This document shows, in pieces, positions 50,158 through 60,351 of a stretch of 64,000 nt of DNA. Position numbers and translations under genes: made by a program. Below the pieces are notes generated by a model, which saw only the letters and a list, made by a program, of their open reading frames with translations, did not search any database and was not told the DNA's origin. The stretch is from a virus. The DNA is taken from positions 1 through 64,000 of the IMG/VR virus record IMGVR_UViG_3300001533_002237. One strand, 5' to 3'. Position 1 is the stretch's first letter, and each line of letters starts with the position of its first letter.

Positions 50158-51240
50158 ATGAGAAAAAGAAGAAATTTTTGGAATAAAGAAAATTGTCATA
50201 AAGCAGCATTAAAATATTTAACAAGAAGTGAATTTAAATTAAATTATCCTTCAGCATATCATAGCGCAAGGAAAAATAAGTTTCTTAATGAAATTTGTTC
50301 ACACATGATTAAATTGGGTAATATAAAAAAAAGATGTATATATTCTTTTGAATTTTCAGATAATCATGTTTATGTGGGATTAACAGGTAATCCAAAAAAA
50401 AGAATGATGTGGAGAAAAAATAATAAAAAAGATTCAGTAACTAAACATATTTTAAAAACTGGACTTGAACCTAATTATAAACAATTGACAGATTTTATAG
50501 ATATCAATGAAGCATCTAAAATGGAAGGTATTTTACTTAATAAATATATTAATGATGGTTGGAAAACATTAAATATATCAAAAACAGGTGGAATTGGTAG
50601 CGACAATTTTTTTTGGAATAAAGAAAATTGTCACAAAGAAGCATTGAAATATCAAAGTAGAAATGATTTTAGAATTAACTCTGGAAGTGCATATAACTCA
50701 TCACGTAGAAACGGATGGTTGAATGAAATTTGTGAACATATGGAAAAGCCTAAACGTGTAATATTTTGGACTTTTGATGTATGTAAAAAAGAAGCATTGA
50801 AATATCAAACTAAGAAAGAATTTAGTGAAAAATCATCTTCTGCATATAGCACATCTGTGCAAAATAAATGGATTGATGGGATTTGTGGTCATATGCATAA
50901 ATTACCATATAATACTATTTATTGGACTAAAGAAAATTGTGAGAGTGCTGCAAGTAAATGTAAAACGAAAACAGAATTTGCTAAAAAATATGGTGGTGCA
51001 TATTATAGGTCACGTAAGAATAATTGGTTAAATGAATTTTTTTTAATATTAATTATTGGGATGTTAAGTTCATGTGCTACAATACAAGTTAATCAATATT
51101 CAAATATTGGAATATCGCCTGAAGTCAGAAAAGAACAGATTAATGCTCAAAAAAGAATTAACAAACAACAAAGAATTGTTAATAGAGAACATAGGAAAAG
51201 AACTAGATATATTAATAACCTTCAAAATAAAAAAATATGA
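50158..51240 (+). mobile_element. GIY-YIG homing endonuclease with four ~45-aa repeats, apparently fused to a lipoprotein
   Basis: CIYSFEF...VYVGLT; FW.KE.C..A.KY repeats; C-terminal LILIIGMLSSC lipobox. Confidence 0.75.
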
Positions 51241-51329
51241 TTGGGATGATGTTAAATGGGGTGAAGGATTTAAAAGAGCAATACAAAAATTAATTGAAGG
51301 TGACGTAGATGTCGTTTATTTAAATTATA

Positions 51330-51938
51330 ATGCACATAGACAAGGAAACATATAAAATATCAACTTATAATCATTATAAGACTAAAACAGTTAAAACTCA
51401 AATTGTAATTGGTTCTAGTTTGAGAAAAGATAATAATCATATTAAAAGACTACAACATAAAGAATTTGGTAAAACAAAAAAATGGAATACATTTACAATT
51501 AATCGAGAAGGAAATATTTATCAACATTATGATGATAAATATCATAGTGATTTTCTTGGTGTTAAAGAAGGCGATAAGCGCAGTATATCAATTGTATTAG
51601 AAAACATGGGTTGTTTATTTGAAACAACATCTGGAGAGTTTATAAATTGGTTAAATGAGTTTTGTATTAAAGATCGAGTTGTTGAAAAAGAATGGTTAGA
51701 TTATGATTTTTGGGAAAAATATTCTGATGAACAATTAGATAGTCTTATTAATTTAATTAATTTTTTGTGTGAAAAACATAATATACCTAAAACATTTATT
51801 GAATTTTACACATATCATAAAAATACTCATAAATTTAAAGGAATTGTATTTAGAGGGAATTATATTGAAGACAGTAGTGATATGAATCCTTTGTTAAATA
51901 TTGACCAATTAACTGAGATGTTATCTAATGATAATTAA
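51330..51938 (+). CDS. N-acetylmuramoyl-L-alanine amidase-like protein with degenerate zinc ligands
   Basis: KTQIVIGSS (no HHT), F.INREG.IYQ, SISIVLEN, YSDEQLDSL..L. Confidence 0.65.
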   Translation: MHIDKETYKISTYNHYKTKTVKTQIVIGSSLRKDNNHIKRLQHKEFGKTKKWNTFTINREGNIYQHYDDKYHSDFLGVKEGDKRSISIVLENMGCLFETTSGEFINWLNEFCIKDRVVEKEWLDYDFWEKYSDEQLDSLINLINFLCEKHNIPKTFIEFYTYHKNTHKFKGIVFRGNYIEDSSDMNPLLNIDQLTEMLSNDN

Positions 51939-51961
51939 TAGTATTTATATAAAAAGAAAGC

Positions 51962-52468
51962 ATGGAAAATAGCATAAATCAAAAAACAAGTCCAAACCAA
52001 ATGAGAGAACTAATGAAAAGAGTTCGTGAAGGTAAATTTATTGTAAATGAATCTGAAGCACTAAAGAAAGATTTAAGTGTTAATGATATGTTAAAAATAA
52101 CTCGTAGACTAAATGAAGATGTTAAAAATAAAGAAACGATTTATGACCAAAGTATTGAAGAAGAAAAAATTAGAAGATTTTTTGATGATATGGAAGTTAG
52201 TCTTAAACTAATTGATTTAGAAGTATATGATGACCTTGTTTTCTGGGGAGGAACTGTTGATGGTGTTATTCAGTTTGTATATAAAGTAACTCCTGAAGAA
52301 AGTACTTCTGGTGTTGAGTTTAATTATCTTGAAGATTTTTCTCCAGATAATCTTGAGAACGAAGAAATTATTGGTAGACTTGAATCTTATTTTGATACGT
52401 TTTATAAATATTGGAGAGATAATGTTATAAGTAATAATAGTGCAAATGAACCTGAAAAACAATCATAA
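51962..52468 (+). CDS. Hypothetical protein, probable head-associated
   Basis: Late motif at 51941; VNE and LNE motifs in the N-terminal leader. Confidence 0.6.
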   Translation: MENSINQKTSPNQMRELMKRVREGKFIVNESEALKKDLSVNDMLKITRRLNEDVKNKETIYDQSIEEEKIRRFFDDMEVSLKLIDLEVYDDLVFWGGTVDGVIQFVYKVTPEESTSGVEFNYLEDFSPDNLENEEIIGRLESYFDTFYKYWRDNVISNNSANEPEKQS

Positions 52469-52470
52469 AT

Positions 52471-53262
52471 ATGAAAACAATATTTAAAATTTTAATGAAA
52501 AATAACCGATGGGCAATAATGTTAATAATATTATTAATTATTGTTGGTGGTAGTATATATCAAATTCAACATAAAAAAATATTGAATCTTAAAGACAAAT
52601 ATGATTCAGAAGTTAAACTAAAGAATGCTTTAATTGATACTGTTGAAATATTTAAAAACAAAGAAGGTGAATGGGTTGCTGAAAAACTTACAATTCAAGC
52701 CGAACTCAATTATTTGGATGAAATGAATACTCAATTAACTGAAAGTCAAAAAAATTTAATAAAGAAAATTAAAGAAGTTAATAAAGAAAATTCAGTTATA
52801 ACAGCAGCACTTATTCATGCTAATTTTGTAATTGATTCTTTAAAACATAGTGGTGTTGTTCTTATAGATACAACAAATAAAACAGTTAATTTTATTGAAA
52901 CTGATAACCCAAACATTAACTATAATTTTTTAGCAACAGGTGTATTACCTTTTCCAATAAATACAAAACCAAATTTATTTATAAATAAATTAACATTACC
53001 TAATGAACAATTCATTGAATTTCATTGGGAAGATAATAAAAGGAAGGGTTATCCTATTTCATTTAGTGTAACTAATTCAAATAAATATGTAAAAGTATAT
53101 GATGTTAATGGTTATGCAATTCCTGCTTTAAAAAAAGAAATCATCGACCCAACTGGCTGGCAAAAAATTGGTCTTTGGTTTAATAAAAACGGTAAGATTG
53201 TTGGGTATGTCTTTGGTGGTGTAGTTGTTGGTGCTGGTGGTACATATTTTTTAATGAAATAA
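52471..53262 (+). CDS. Membrane-anchored coiled-coil protein (spanin-like candidate)
   Basis: N-terminal TM helix, coiled coil, C-terminal Gly-rich hydrophobic segment. Confidence 0.5.
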   Translation: MKTIFKILMKNNRWAIMLIILLIIVGGSIYQIQHKKILNLKDKYDSEVKLKNALIDTVEIFKNKEGEWVAEKLTIQAELNYLDEMNTQLTESQKNLIKKIKEVNKENSVITAALIHANFVIDSLKHSGVVLIDTTNKTVNFIETDNPNINYNFLATGVLPFPINTKPNLFINKLTLPNEQFIEFHWEDNKRKGYPISFSVTNSNKYVKVYDVNGYAIPALKKEIIDPTGWQKIGLWFNKNGKIVGYVFGGVVVGAGGTYFLMK

Positions 53263-53299
53263 TATAGATATATTAAGAAGCATATTGTCTAATATAATT

Positions 53300-53329
53300 A
53301 AAAGCACATAAATAATATGTGCTTTTTTT
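53300..53329 (+). terminator. Rho-independent terminator
   Basis: aaaagcacata-aataa-tatgtgctttt. Confidence 0.8.
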
Positions 53330-53383
53330 ATTAAAGCATTTTTTGTATTAACTAAGTATTTATAAACAACTGATAAACACAAT

Positions 53384-53590
53384 ATGGATAAACAAGAAGT
53401 TAAAGGAATTGTAAATGATGAAATTAATAAATTTGTTAAAGATTCATTAGATAAAGAAATTAAAAATGTCTTAAATAAATCTAATTCATTAACAAGGGGA
53501 GAAACTATTTCTATAATAAAAAATGCAATGGAAGCAGTTTATAAAGTATTGTGGCAAAAAAGAGACTTCTGGAAGACAGGAATTATGTAA
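53384..53590 (+). CDS. Small hypothetical protein
   Basis: 68-aa ORF after the late motif at 53356. Confidence 0.65.
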   Translation: MDKQEVKGIVNDEINKFVKDSLDKEIKNVLNKSNSLTRGETISIIKNAMEAVYKVLWQKRDFWKTGIM

Positions 53591-53600
53591 TTAATTAGTT

Positions 53601-54233
53601 ATGGAAAATAATGTTGAAAAGAAAAGGGAATACAATAAGCAATATTATTTAAATAATATTGAGAAAAAGAAAAAACGTGAACGAGAGCGTTATTTAAATA
53701 ATAAGAAAAAAATTCTTGAAAGTAGAAAGGATTATTATTTAAATAATGTTGAGAAAATTAAAGAGAAAAATGTCAAATATTATGAAATTAATAAAGAAAA
53801 AATATTAAAAAATAAAAAAGAGTATTATGTTAATAATAAGGAAGATATTATTAATTATGGAATAAAATATAAACGAAATAGATATACTAATGATAAATTT
53901 TATCGATTAACAAAAAATATAAGAAATTTAATATCAAATTCAATAAAAAAGAACGGACATAAAAAAACATCTAAAATACAAAATATTCTTGGTTGTACTT
54001 TTGAAGAATTTAAAATATATCTGGAAAATAAATTTGAAAGTTGGATGAGTTGGGATAATTACGGTAATTGGAATGGTCAACCCAAAGAATCAAATATTTC
54101 ATGGGATATTGACCATATAATACCAGTTTCAACAGCGTGTTCAGAAGAAGATATTATTAAATTAAACCATTATATGAATTTACAACCATTATGTTCATAC
54201 GAAAATAGATTTGTAAAAAGTAATAAAATATAA
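53601..54233 (+). mobile_element. HNH endonuclease with basic YY..N.EK repeats
   Basis: LGC..E..K..LE..F...M.WDNYG..WDIDHIIP...LNHY.NLQPL...EN. Confidence 0.85.
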
Positions 54234-54246
54234 TAAAATATAATTC

Positions 54247-57246
54247 ATGGCAAACATAAAACCAACACACAAAGAACCGATAAGTCCTCAATCAAAAAAA
54301 TTTGAAAAGGATTTTAAAAAAAGTATGGTAACAAACAATCTTAATATACGTGAATCTCAAGAAAAATTAAATGAAATTGATGAAATGTTAAGTGAAGCAG
54401 AACAATCATTAAAGAAAAAGATTTTTAGTTTACCTAAAATGGAAGCACTTGTATTTAGTGACCCTAAATTATCGGCAGTTTATGATAAAATGGCTGAAGA
54501 TGGTGAAGAAAAATATGGTTATCATCATAATGAAACTATTATGAATATGATTTTTAATGATTATGTATTAAATAGTTCACAATATCTACAAAAATATAAA
54601 AATGCTATACCTAAAGAAAAAAAGAGAAGGGATAAAAGTGGAATTAATCAATTAAAAAAAGCAGGTAAGAAAAAAATGGATGCCACTGGAACAAAATTGG
54701 ATAAAAGTGATGTTGATGAAACAACCAGTGCTGGTAGTGCTGGTGGTGCTGCTGGATATGTTGGATATGCTGGTCCTGCTGCATTTAGTTCGAAAGGTGA
54801 TTTAATGGGTGATAATAAGGAAAAAGGTCAAAAAATAAGAAAACCTATTTGGAAAGGCGGTACAATTATTCAAGAAAGTAATTATTTAATAGACCCATCA
54901 GGTTTTGAAAAATATGTCGATATGCTTAATGAATCTTCGGTTTCTTCTAGTGCTAGTGCTTTTGTAACAAAAATGGGTGATAAAAACAATTATCAAGCCA
55001 ATCAAATTAATACTGATAAAGAATGGAAAGAATTAAATAATCCCAAAGTCTCGGAAATTGCAAGTGAAAAAAAGATGAAGGATAAAGGAAAAGGTAATTC
55101 ATCTGTTATTGATGATAGTAATTTAGTTGGTGGTAGTAATGCAAAACCAACTTACAAGGGTGGTAAAATCGTAAAAAACCCAAACAATACAATAAAGGAA
55201 AATAAAGAAATAAACAAGACTAATCTTAACGAAGGAGCATATAATGATTTTGAACAAGCAAAAAATGATGCATTTAATATAAGTAAAGAAGAAGGTGTAG
55301 TACAACATGTTAATCAAATTTCTGATAATACATATGAAATATCTGATTGGTATGATGCCGATAGTACAGTTGCTAGTTTTGAAAATGGTAAAGAATTAAA
55401 TGAAATGAATCTCGATGAAAAATCAAAATCTAAAGCACAACAGAAATTTATGGGAATGGTACATGCATATCAAAAAGGTGAATTAAGTGATTCTGAAGTT
55501 AGTGATAGTGTTAAAAAAGCAGCGAAATCAATGACGGATAAAGAAGCTGAAGATTTTGCAAGCACAAAACATAAAGGACTACCTGAAAAAGTTAATGAAG
55601 AAATATATGATAAAATAGTTGATATTCAATATTTTAATAAAAATAACCAATTAAAACATAGTGTTGATAATAAAATTAATCCTAATGACCTAAGTAATTT
55701 ACTTGATAAACCAATTAAAATAATATTTACTGATGGTAGTGAAGAAAGAGTTAATTTCGATGAATTTATGCAAGTATATTCACATAATGATGATAGTAAA
55801 TTAAATATTAATGAATATTTAAGTTTACATGATATAGTTGAATACTTATCTGATAGACAAGATGAAAAACCATTCATGATGGGTGATACTAAATGGCAAT
55901 TTGTAAATGCTAGATATCCTGACGGTAAAATCGATATTGGTGTTTATAAATTTGGTGATGATTTAGTTTATGATTATTCAAGATGGATGGAAGAATATAA
56001 CATTAATGAAAATTCAGAGTATTTACAAAAGAAAGATAGTTTACCACAAAGAAATGATAAAAATATTAAAGAAGACACACAAACTATGATACAAAATAAC
56101 GGAAATTCAATGTCAAATAAAGCACAACCAACTGGCGACCAAGGTAATGGATTGCCTGTAGGAACTCAACAAACTAGTGGGTTAAATGAAGCAGAAAAAT
56201 TGCTTGAAGAAATAAATAAAGAATTGGAAGCATTTTCAATTCATCATGATAAATTAAAAATAATGAGTGAAGATAGAAAATCAAATTCTCAAATACTTAA
56301 TGCTCGTGTTGGAGATGAAAATAAGAAAAATTTTAAAAAAGATTTTAAAAATAGTGATACTAAAGATGTCATTAATGTCGAAAAAGAATTACAACATAAA
56401 GACCAACAAACTGATGTACCTAAAGACCCTCAGAAATTAGGTCAGGACATTGAAAAACAAGTAATAAAAAATGCCGATATGAAAAGTGATGAATCACTTA
56501 AAAATGTTGGAAATAGTACAAATAATGATGGTGATGAAATACCTAAACGTAATTTAACAACTAAAGAACAAGAAGAAGTTGATTTATATCGTAATGGACA
56601 ACATAGTTTAAATTATGATAATGAACCTTCTGAACGTTTTGTTGAAAGAATGAAAGCTGACCAAGGAGAATTCTTTGAAATGGGTGAGAAACAAAAGAAA
56701 TTTAAAGGTGATGCACCAATGTATGGTAAAGATAGTCAACCAGTTGATGATGGAATTGAAAAAGTTCAGTTTGATAAGAACGTAAAGAAAAAAAATGATG
56801 ATGTTGCTTGGAATGAAAGAATGGGACTTAATAGTAATATTAAACTTTCTGAATCAATGATTACTGGTAGATATATTGATGTTTTAGGTAAGAGACGTTT
56901 AATGGAGTTTAGACTAAATGAAGTTAAAGAAATTGAAAAACTTGATGAAAATATATTAATGGAATTAAGTTTTGATGGTCTTGGAAACATATATTTAAGT
57001 AAGACAATTGATAAAAAAGTTGTTGTTAATGAAGCTGTTGTTAATGCAATGAATACACATAAATTCTATACGGATGGTAAATCAGTGGTAGCAATAAAAA
57101 ACCCAACACAACAATTGACTGAAGGCAGTGTAAAAGATGATAAACTTGTTGTTAATGAACAAATAGATAAAATAAAACACTTACTTGGATATAAACCAGA
57201 TTCATTTGTTAATACTAGAAATGTAAAGAAAAACAGAGGTTTTTAA
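54247..57246 (+). CDS. 999-aa modular head-associated protein containing a DUF3008-like module
   Basis: KSKAQQKFMG...AAKSM...AEDFASTKHKGLPEKV at 55420-55599; about 18 [ILV]xE motifs. Confidence 0.65.
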   Translation: MANIKPTHKEPISPQSKKFEKDFKKSMVTNNLNIRESQEKLNEIDEMLSEAEQSLKKKIFSLPKMEALVFSDPKLSAVYDKMAEDGEEKYGYHHNETIMNMIFNDYVLNSSQYLQKYKNAIPKEKKRRDKSGINQLKKAGKKKMDATGTKLDKSDVDETTSAGSAGGAAGYVGYAGPAAFSSKGDLMGDNKEKGQKIRKPIWKGGTIIQESNYLIDPSGFEKYVDMLNESSVSSSASAFVTKMGDKNNYQANQINTDKEWKELNNPKVSEIASEKKMKDKGKGNSSVIDDSNLVGGSNAKPTYKGGKIVKNPNNTIKENKEINKTNLNEGAYNDFEQAKNDAFNISKEEGVVQHVNQISDNTYEISDWYDADSTVASFENGKELNEMNLDEKSKSKAQQKFMGMVHAYQKGELSDSEVSDSVKKAAKSMTDKEAEDFASTKHKGLPEKVNEEIYDKIVDIQYFNKNNQLKHSVDNKINPNDLSNLLDKPIKIIFTDGSEERVNFDEFMQVYSHNDDSKLNINEYLSLHDIVEYLSDRQDEKPFMMGDTKWQFVNARYPDGKIDIGVYKFGDDLVYDYSRWMEEYNINENSEYLQKKDSLPQRNDKNIKEDTQTMIQNNGNSMSNKAQPTGDQGNGLPVGTQQTSGLNEAEKLLEEINKELEAFSIHHDKLKIMSEDRKSNSQILNARVGDENKKNFKKDFKNSDTKDVINVEKELQHKDQQTDVPKDPQKLGQDIEKQVIKNADMKSDESLKNVGNSTNNDGDEIPKRNLTTKEQEEVDLYRNGQHSLNYDNEPSERFVERMKADQGEFFEMGEKQKKFKGDAPMYGKDSQPVDDGIEKVQFDKNVKKKNDDVAWNERMGLNSNIKLSESMITGRYIDVLGKRRLMEFRLNEVKEIEKLDENILMELSFDGLGNIYLSKTIDKKVVVNEAVVNAMNTHKFYTDGKSVVAIKNPTQQLTEGSVKDDKLVVNEQIDKIKHLLGYKPDSFVNTRNVKKNRGF

Positions 57247-57247
57247 G

Positions 57248-57619
57248 ATGAGTGATTGGAAAAAAATAACTAAAAAAGAATTTGATAATGCAACCAAAAG
57301 GCATTTACCAAATTCTTGGATTAAATTTGGTTTTAAATATTTTTCAAAAGAAACAACAAAAACTAATTTAAAATTAAATAATAGAATTGGATTATTATTA
57401 ATAATATTATTTGTTTTAGGTTTTTTTAGTACAGTATTAAAATTATCATCAACAATAATCGGAATATTTACAATATTATATTCAATATTATTAGTTGGTT
57501 TAGTACTATATCTTTTTAGCGTAGCTATTTTAAATAATATTAGAATTAATAAAATAAGAAAAATACTTGGTGTTAGTAAATTAGAATATAATGCTTTAAT
57601 AAGAAAATTTAATAAATAA
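57248..57619 (+). CDS. Two-TM membrane protein (holin candidate)
   Basis: Two hydrophobic helices and basic termini, adjacent to the amidase gene. Confidence 0.5.
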   Translation: MSDWKKITKKEFDNATKRHLPNSWIKFGFKYFSKETTKTNLKLNNRIGLLLIILFVLGFFSTVLKLSSTIIGIFTILYSILLVGLVLYLFSVAILNNIRINKIRKILGVSKLEYNALIRKFNK

Positions 57620-57642
57620 ACATAATTTAATAAACATAATTT

Positions 57643-57673
57643 AAAGGATATTGCTAAAGTAATATCCTTTTTT
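57643..57673 (+). terminator. Rho-independent terminator
   Basis: aaaggatatt-gctaaagt-aatatccttt plus T tail. Confidence 0.75.
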
Positions 57674-57706
57674 CTTTTAGAGTATTTATAATAAAATACT
57701 TAAAAT

Positions 57707-58450
57707 ATGATTAGTCGAAATAGAATATCAATGGGATTCTTTTGTGATAGTCTTCCATATGCAAATCTAGAAAAAGATACTGAAAAAGTAATATTAAATA
57801 AATTAAATTTAAGTGATATAATTCAAGTTGATTTTCCGAGTAATCAATATATTAGAAAACAAACTAATAAAAAACAATTGGTTTTACATCACACAGTATC
57901 TGGACAAGGAGTTGATGGTGATATTGCATGGTGGAGAAAAACGACTCAAAGAATTGGAACAGCAATTATTATTGATTGGAAAGGTAAAATATATCAATGT
58001 TTTAGTAGTAAATATTGGGCATATCATCTTGGTGCAGGTGATGCAAACTTAGATAAAGGTTCAATTGGAATCGAAATAGATTCATGGGGCGGTTTGGTTA
58101 AACACAATAGATTGTGGTATCCAGCAAAATGGGATAAAAAATTAAAAAAGAATATTGCAAATATTTCATTATCACCTGTAAAAAATATTCAAAAATACCC
58201 AAAAGGTTTTAGAGGTTTTTATGCTTTTGAAAAATATACTGATGAACAAATTGAAGCATTACGAAAACTTTTAGTTTTTTTTAGTAAAAAATATAAAATA
58301 CCTCTTGATTATAATGAAGATATGTGGGATGTTTCAGATAAAGCAATGAGGGGTAAAGAAGGAATCTGGACACATGTCAGTTATAGAAAAGATAAATCGG
58401 ATTGTCATCCTCAAACAGAATTAATTGAAATGTTAAAATCATTAAAATAA
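57707..58450 (+). CDS. N-acetylmuramoyl-L-alanine amidase (endolysin candidate)
   Basis: LVLHHT, WAYH.G, SIGIEI, YTDEQI..L, THVSYRKDKSDC. Confidence 0.85.
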   Translation: MISRNRISMGFFCDSLPYANLEKDTEKVILNKLNLSDIIQVDFPSNQYIRKQTNKKQLVLHHTVSGQGVDGDIAWWRKTTQRIGTAIIIDWKGKIYQCFSSKYWAYHLGAGDANLDKGSIGIEIDSWGGLVKHNRLWYPAKWDKKLKKNIANISLSPVKNIQKYPKGFRGFYAFEKYTDEQIEALRKLLVFFSKKYKIPLDYNEDMWDVSDKAMRGKEGIWTHVSYRKDKSDCHPQTELIEMLKSLK

Positions 58451-58870
58451 ATGAGTACGACACAAAAATTTATAATAGTTAAGGACAGAGTTGAAATTTA
58501 TCGTGATTTTGCTTTAAATTTACTACATTATATTTATCATTATTATATTGATAGAGAAAGTTTAAGCGAAGACCAAGATATAAAAAATCATTTTAATTGG
58601 TGTTTTAAAAAAGTTTGCGATGAATTTATGGAAGAAGGTATAGATTTTAGAAATAATAAAGAATTAAATCAATATTTTTTTTCATATTACTATCATCAAT
58701 TTTATACTATTAATCAAGACGTGTCAATAAAATATTTCGAAAAATTTTGGAATGAAATTTTTGAAATTGATAGGTTAAAAAATAAAAATATAATAAATAT
58801 TCTTATTGAAATCTACAATATTTACGACAAATCAATTAATAATGAAAAAAATATATTAGAAATTGTTTAA
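58451..58870 (+). CDS. Hypothetical protein
   Basis: 139-aa ORF. Confidence 0.7.
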   Translation: MSTTQKFIIVKDRVEIYRDFALNLLHYIYHYYIDRESLSEDQDIKNHFNWCFKKVCDEFMEEGIDFRNNKELNQYFFSYYYHQFYTINQDVSIKYFEKFWNEIFEIDRLKNKNIINILIEIYNIYDKSINNEKNILEIV

Positions 58871-58949
58871 AAATACTTGCAATTAGTATTTATATTGACT
58901 ATTTTTACAAAAATTATAATAAATAATAATAAAAAAACAAAAACAAATT

Positions 58950-59222
58950 ATGGCAAATTTAAAACTTGACCTCGTTAACAAATTAAATAACGAGAAGTAT
59001 TTTAGTGAAATCGAACTTATTCGTTTAGCACAAGACCCAAACACAAATTATAAAGAGAAAATTGAAGAAATGAGCGAGCTTCTTGAAACAATTGTAATTA
59101 CCAATGCACAACTTGGTTTAGTTGAACAATATTTTAAAGAACCAGCACAAGAAAATGCACCTGCACCACAAAATGCACCTGCACAACCTAAAGTTAATCC
59201 GGGTCAAAGTCACTCAGAATAA
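58950..59222 (+). CDS. Hypothetical protein
   Basis: 90-aa ORF with a NAPA(P/Q) repeat tail. Confidence 0.7.
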   Translation: MANLKLDLVNKLNNEKYFSEIELIRLAQDPNTNYKEKIEEMSELLETIVITNAQLGLVEQYFKEPAQENAPAPQNAPAQPKVNPGQSHSE

Positions 59223-59224
59223 TT

Positions 59225-59425
59225 ATGACAGATTTAATTACTGAAATATATCAGTTTTTATTTATTTCTTCCATTGTTTTTATTATTAATATTTTAATCG
59301 ATTTAATTGTAAAAACATATGGAAGATTTAAATTAAAAAAGGAAACAAGAATTTTATTAACAAAAACCGAAAAAATTATTTTATGGATTTCCATAGCAAT
59401 ATTTTTTTCATATATAATTAATTAA
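59225..59425 (+). CDS. Small two-TM membrane protein
   Basis: Two hydrophobic helices. Confidence 0.6.
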   Translation: MTDLITEIYQFLFISSIVFIINILIDLIVKTYGRFKLKKETRILLTKTEKIILWISIAIFFSYIIN

Positions 59426-59953
59426 ATGAAGCAAATTGAATTAGCATTAGAATCAACAAATGGTTATATTAAATCTTTCAATAGAAATACTGAAAAAGGT
59501 TGGTGGGAAATTGAAGTAGGATTACCAATTAGTTGGGTTTATGATGAAAACTCTAAGATTGGTTGTGAGATAATTAATGAGAATGAAATCGGTAAATTAA
59601 TTAAAGTATTTCCAAAATTAAATGGTGTGGTAATTGATGATTTAATTAATTTTATTGAAATAATTATTGTAACAAATCAAAAAATTGCTGAAAAAGAAAA
59701 GCAATTTACTGATAAAATGCAAGAAATGAAAAATCATTTAGAAGATGAAGCAAATAAATTTTATAAAGAACTTGAAGAATTAAAAGAAAATTCTTTTAAA
59801 AAGAACAACAATGATTTTATTCAAAATTTAAAAAATAAAAAAGTTGCTTCAAATAACACTAAATCTACAGATAAACTCAAATCAACCACAAAAAGAAAGC
59901 CAAGAACACTGAAAAAAGTAAATACTGTTACCGAAGAATCATCAAAAAAATAA
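59426..59953 (+). CDS. Hypothetical protein
   Basis: 175-aa ORF with coiled coil and basic tail. Confidence 0.7.
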   Translation: MKQIELALESTNGYIKSFNRNTEKGWWEIEVGLPISWVYDENSKIGCEIINENEIGKLIKVFPKLNGVVIDDLINFIEIIIVTNQKIAEKEKQFTDKMQEMKNHLEDEANKFYKELEELKENSFKKNNNDFIQNLKNKKVASNNTKSTDKLKSTTKRKPRTLKKVNTVTEESSKK

Positions 59954-59959
59954 TTATTC

Positions 59960-60307
59960 ATGGATGATGAAAAAGAAATATTACCTCTTGATAATGATTT
60001 ATCTGATTATATTTCATTAAGTAATCATCTTAAAGATGATACTGAAAGGAAGAAAAAATTAATTTCTAACGAAATTGAAGAACTTGGTGAAACATATATT
60101 TTCGAAATAGAACGAAAAAGAAAAAATAAAGAATTAAAACAAAAAAAATTAATTCCTTATATATTGAAATATTGTAATGAAAAATATAGTAAAAAAGAGT
60201 TAACTTCATATAGTTTAGAAGATATACAAGAAATTTATAATCAAATCAAAACTGAAAGAAAATCCCCGATAATTAAATTTATTGAATTTATTTTTAATCT
60301 TGAATAA
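59960..60307 (+). CDS. Hypothetical protein
   Basis: 115-aa ORF. Confidence 0.65.
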   Translation: MDDEKEILPLDNDLSDYISLSNHLKDDTERKKKLISNEIEELGETYIFEIERKRKNKELKQKKLIPYILKYCNEKYSKKELTSYSLEDIQEIYNQIKTERKSPIIKFIEFIFNLE

Positions 60308-60351
60308 TTTGATTATATTTGTTAATTATAAACTTTAAATAATATAATATA

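Noticed and set aside
215-56990. Antisense and nested ORFs in the track (e.g. 215-610, 10592-10918, 21951-22268, 22764-23168, 23231-23704, 32577-32903, 35355-35678)
   Set aside because: They shadow strong plus-strand genes, have Phe/Ser/Ile-rich antisense composition, and have no promoters
57615-57644. 14-bp tandem repeat aataaacataattt
   Set aside because: Simple AT-rich slippage duplication beside a terminator with no sign of function
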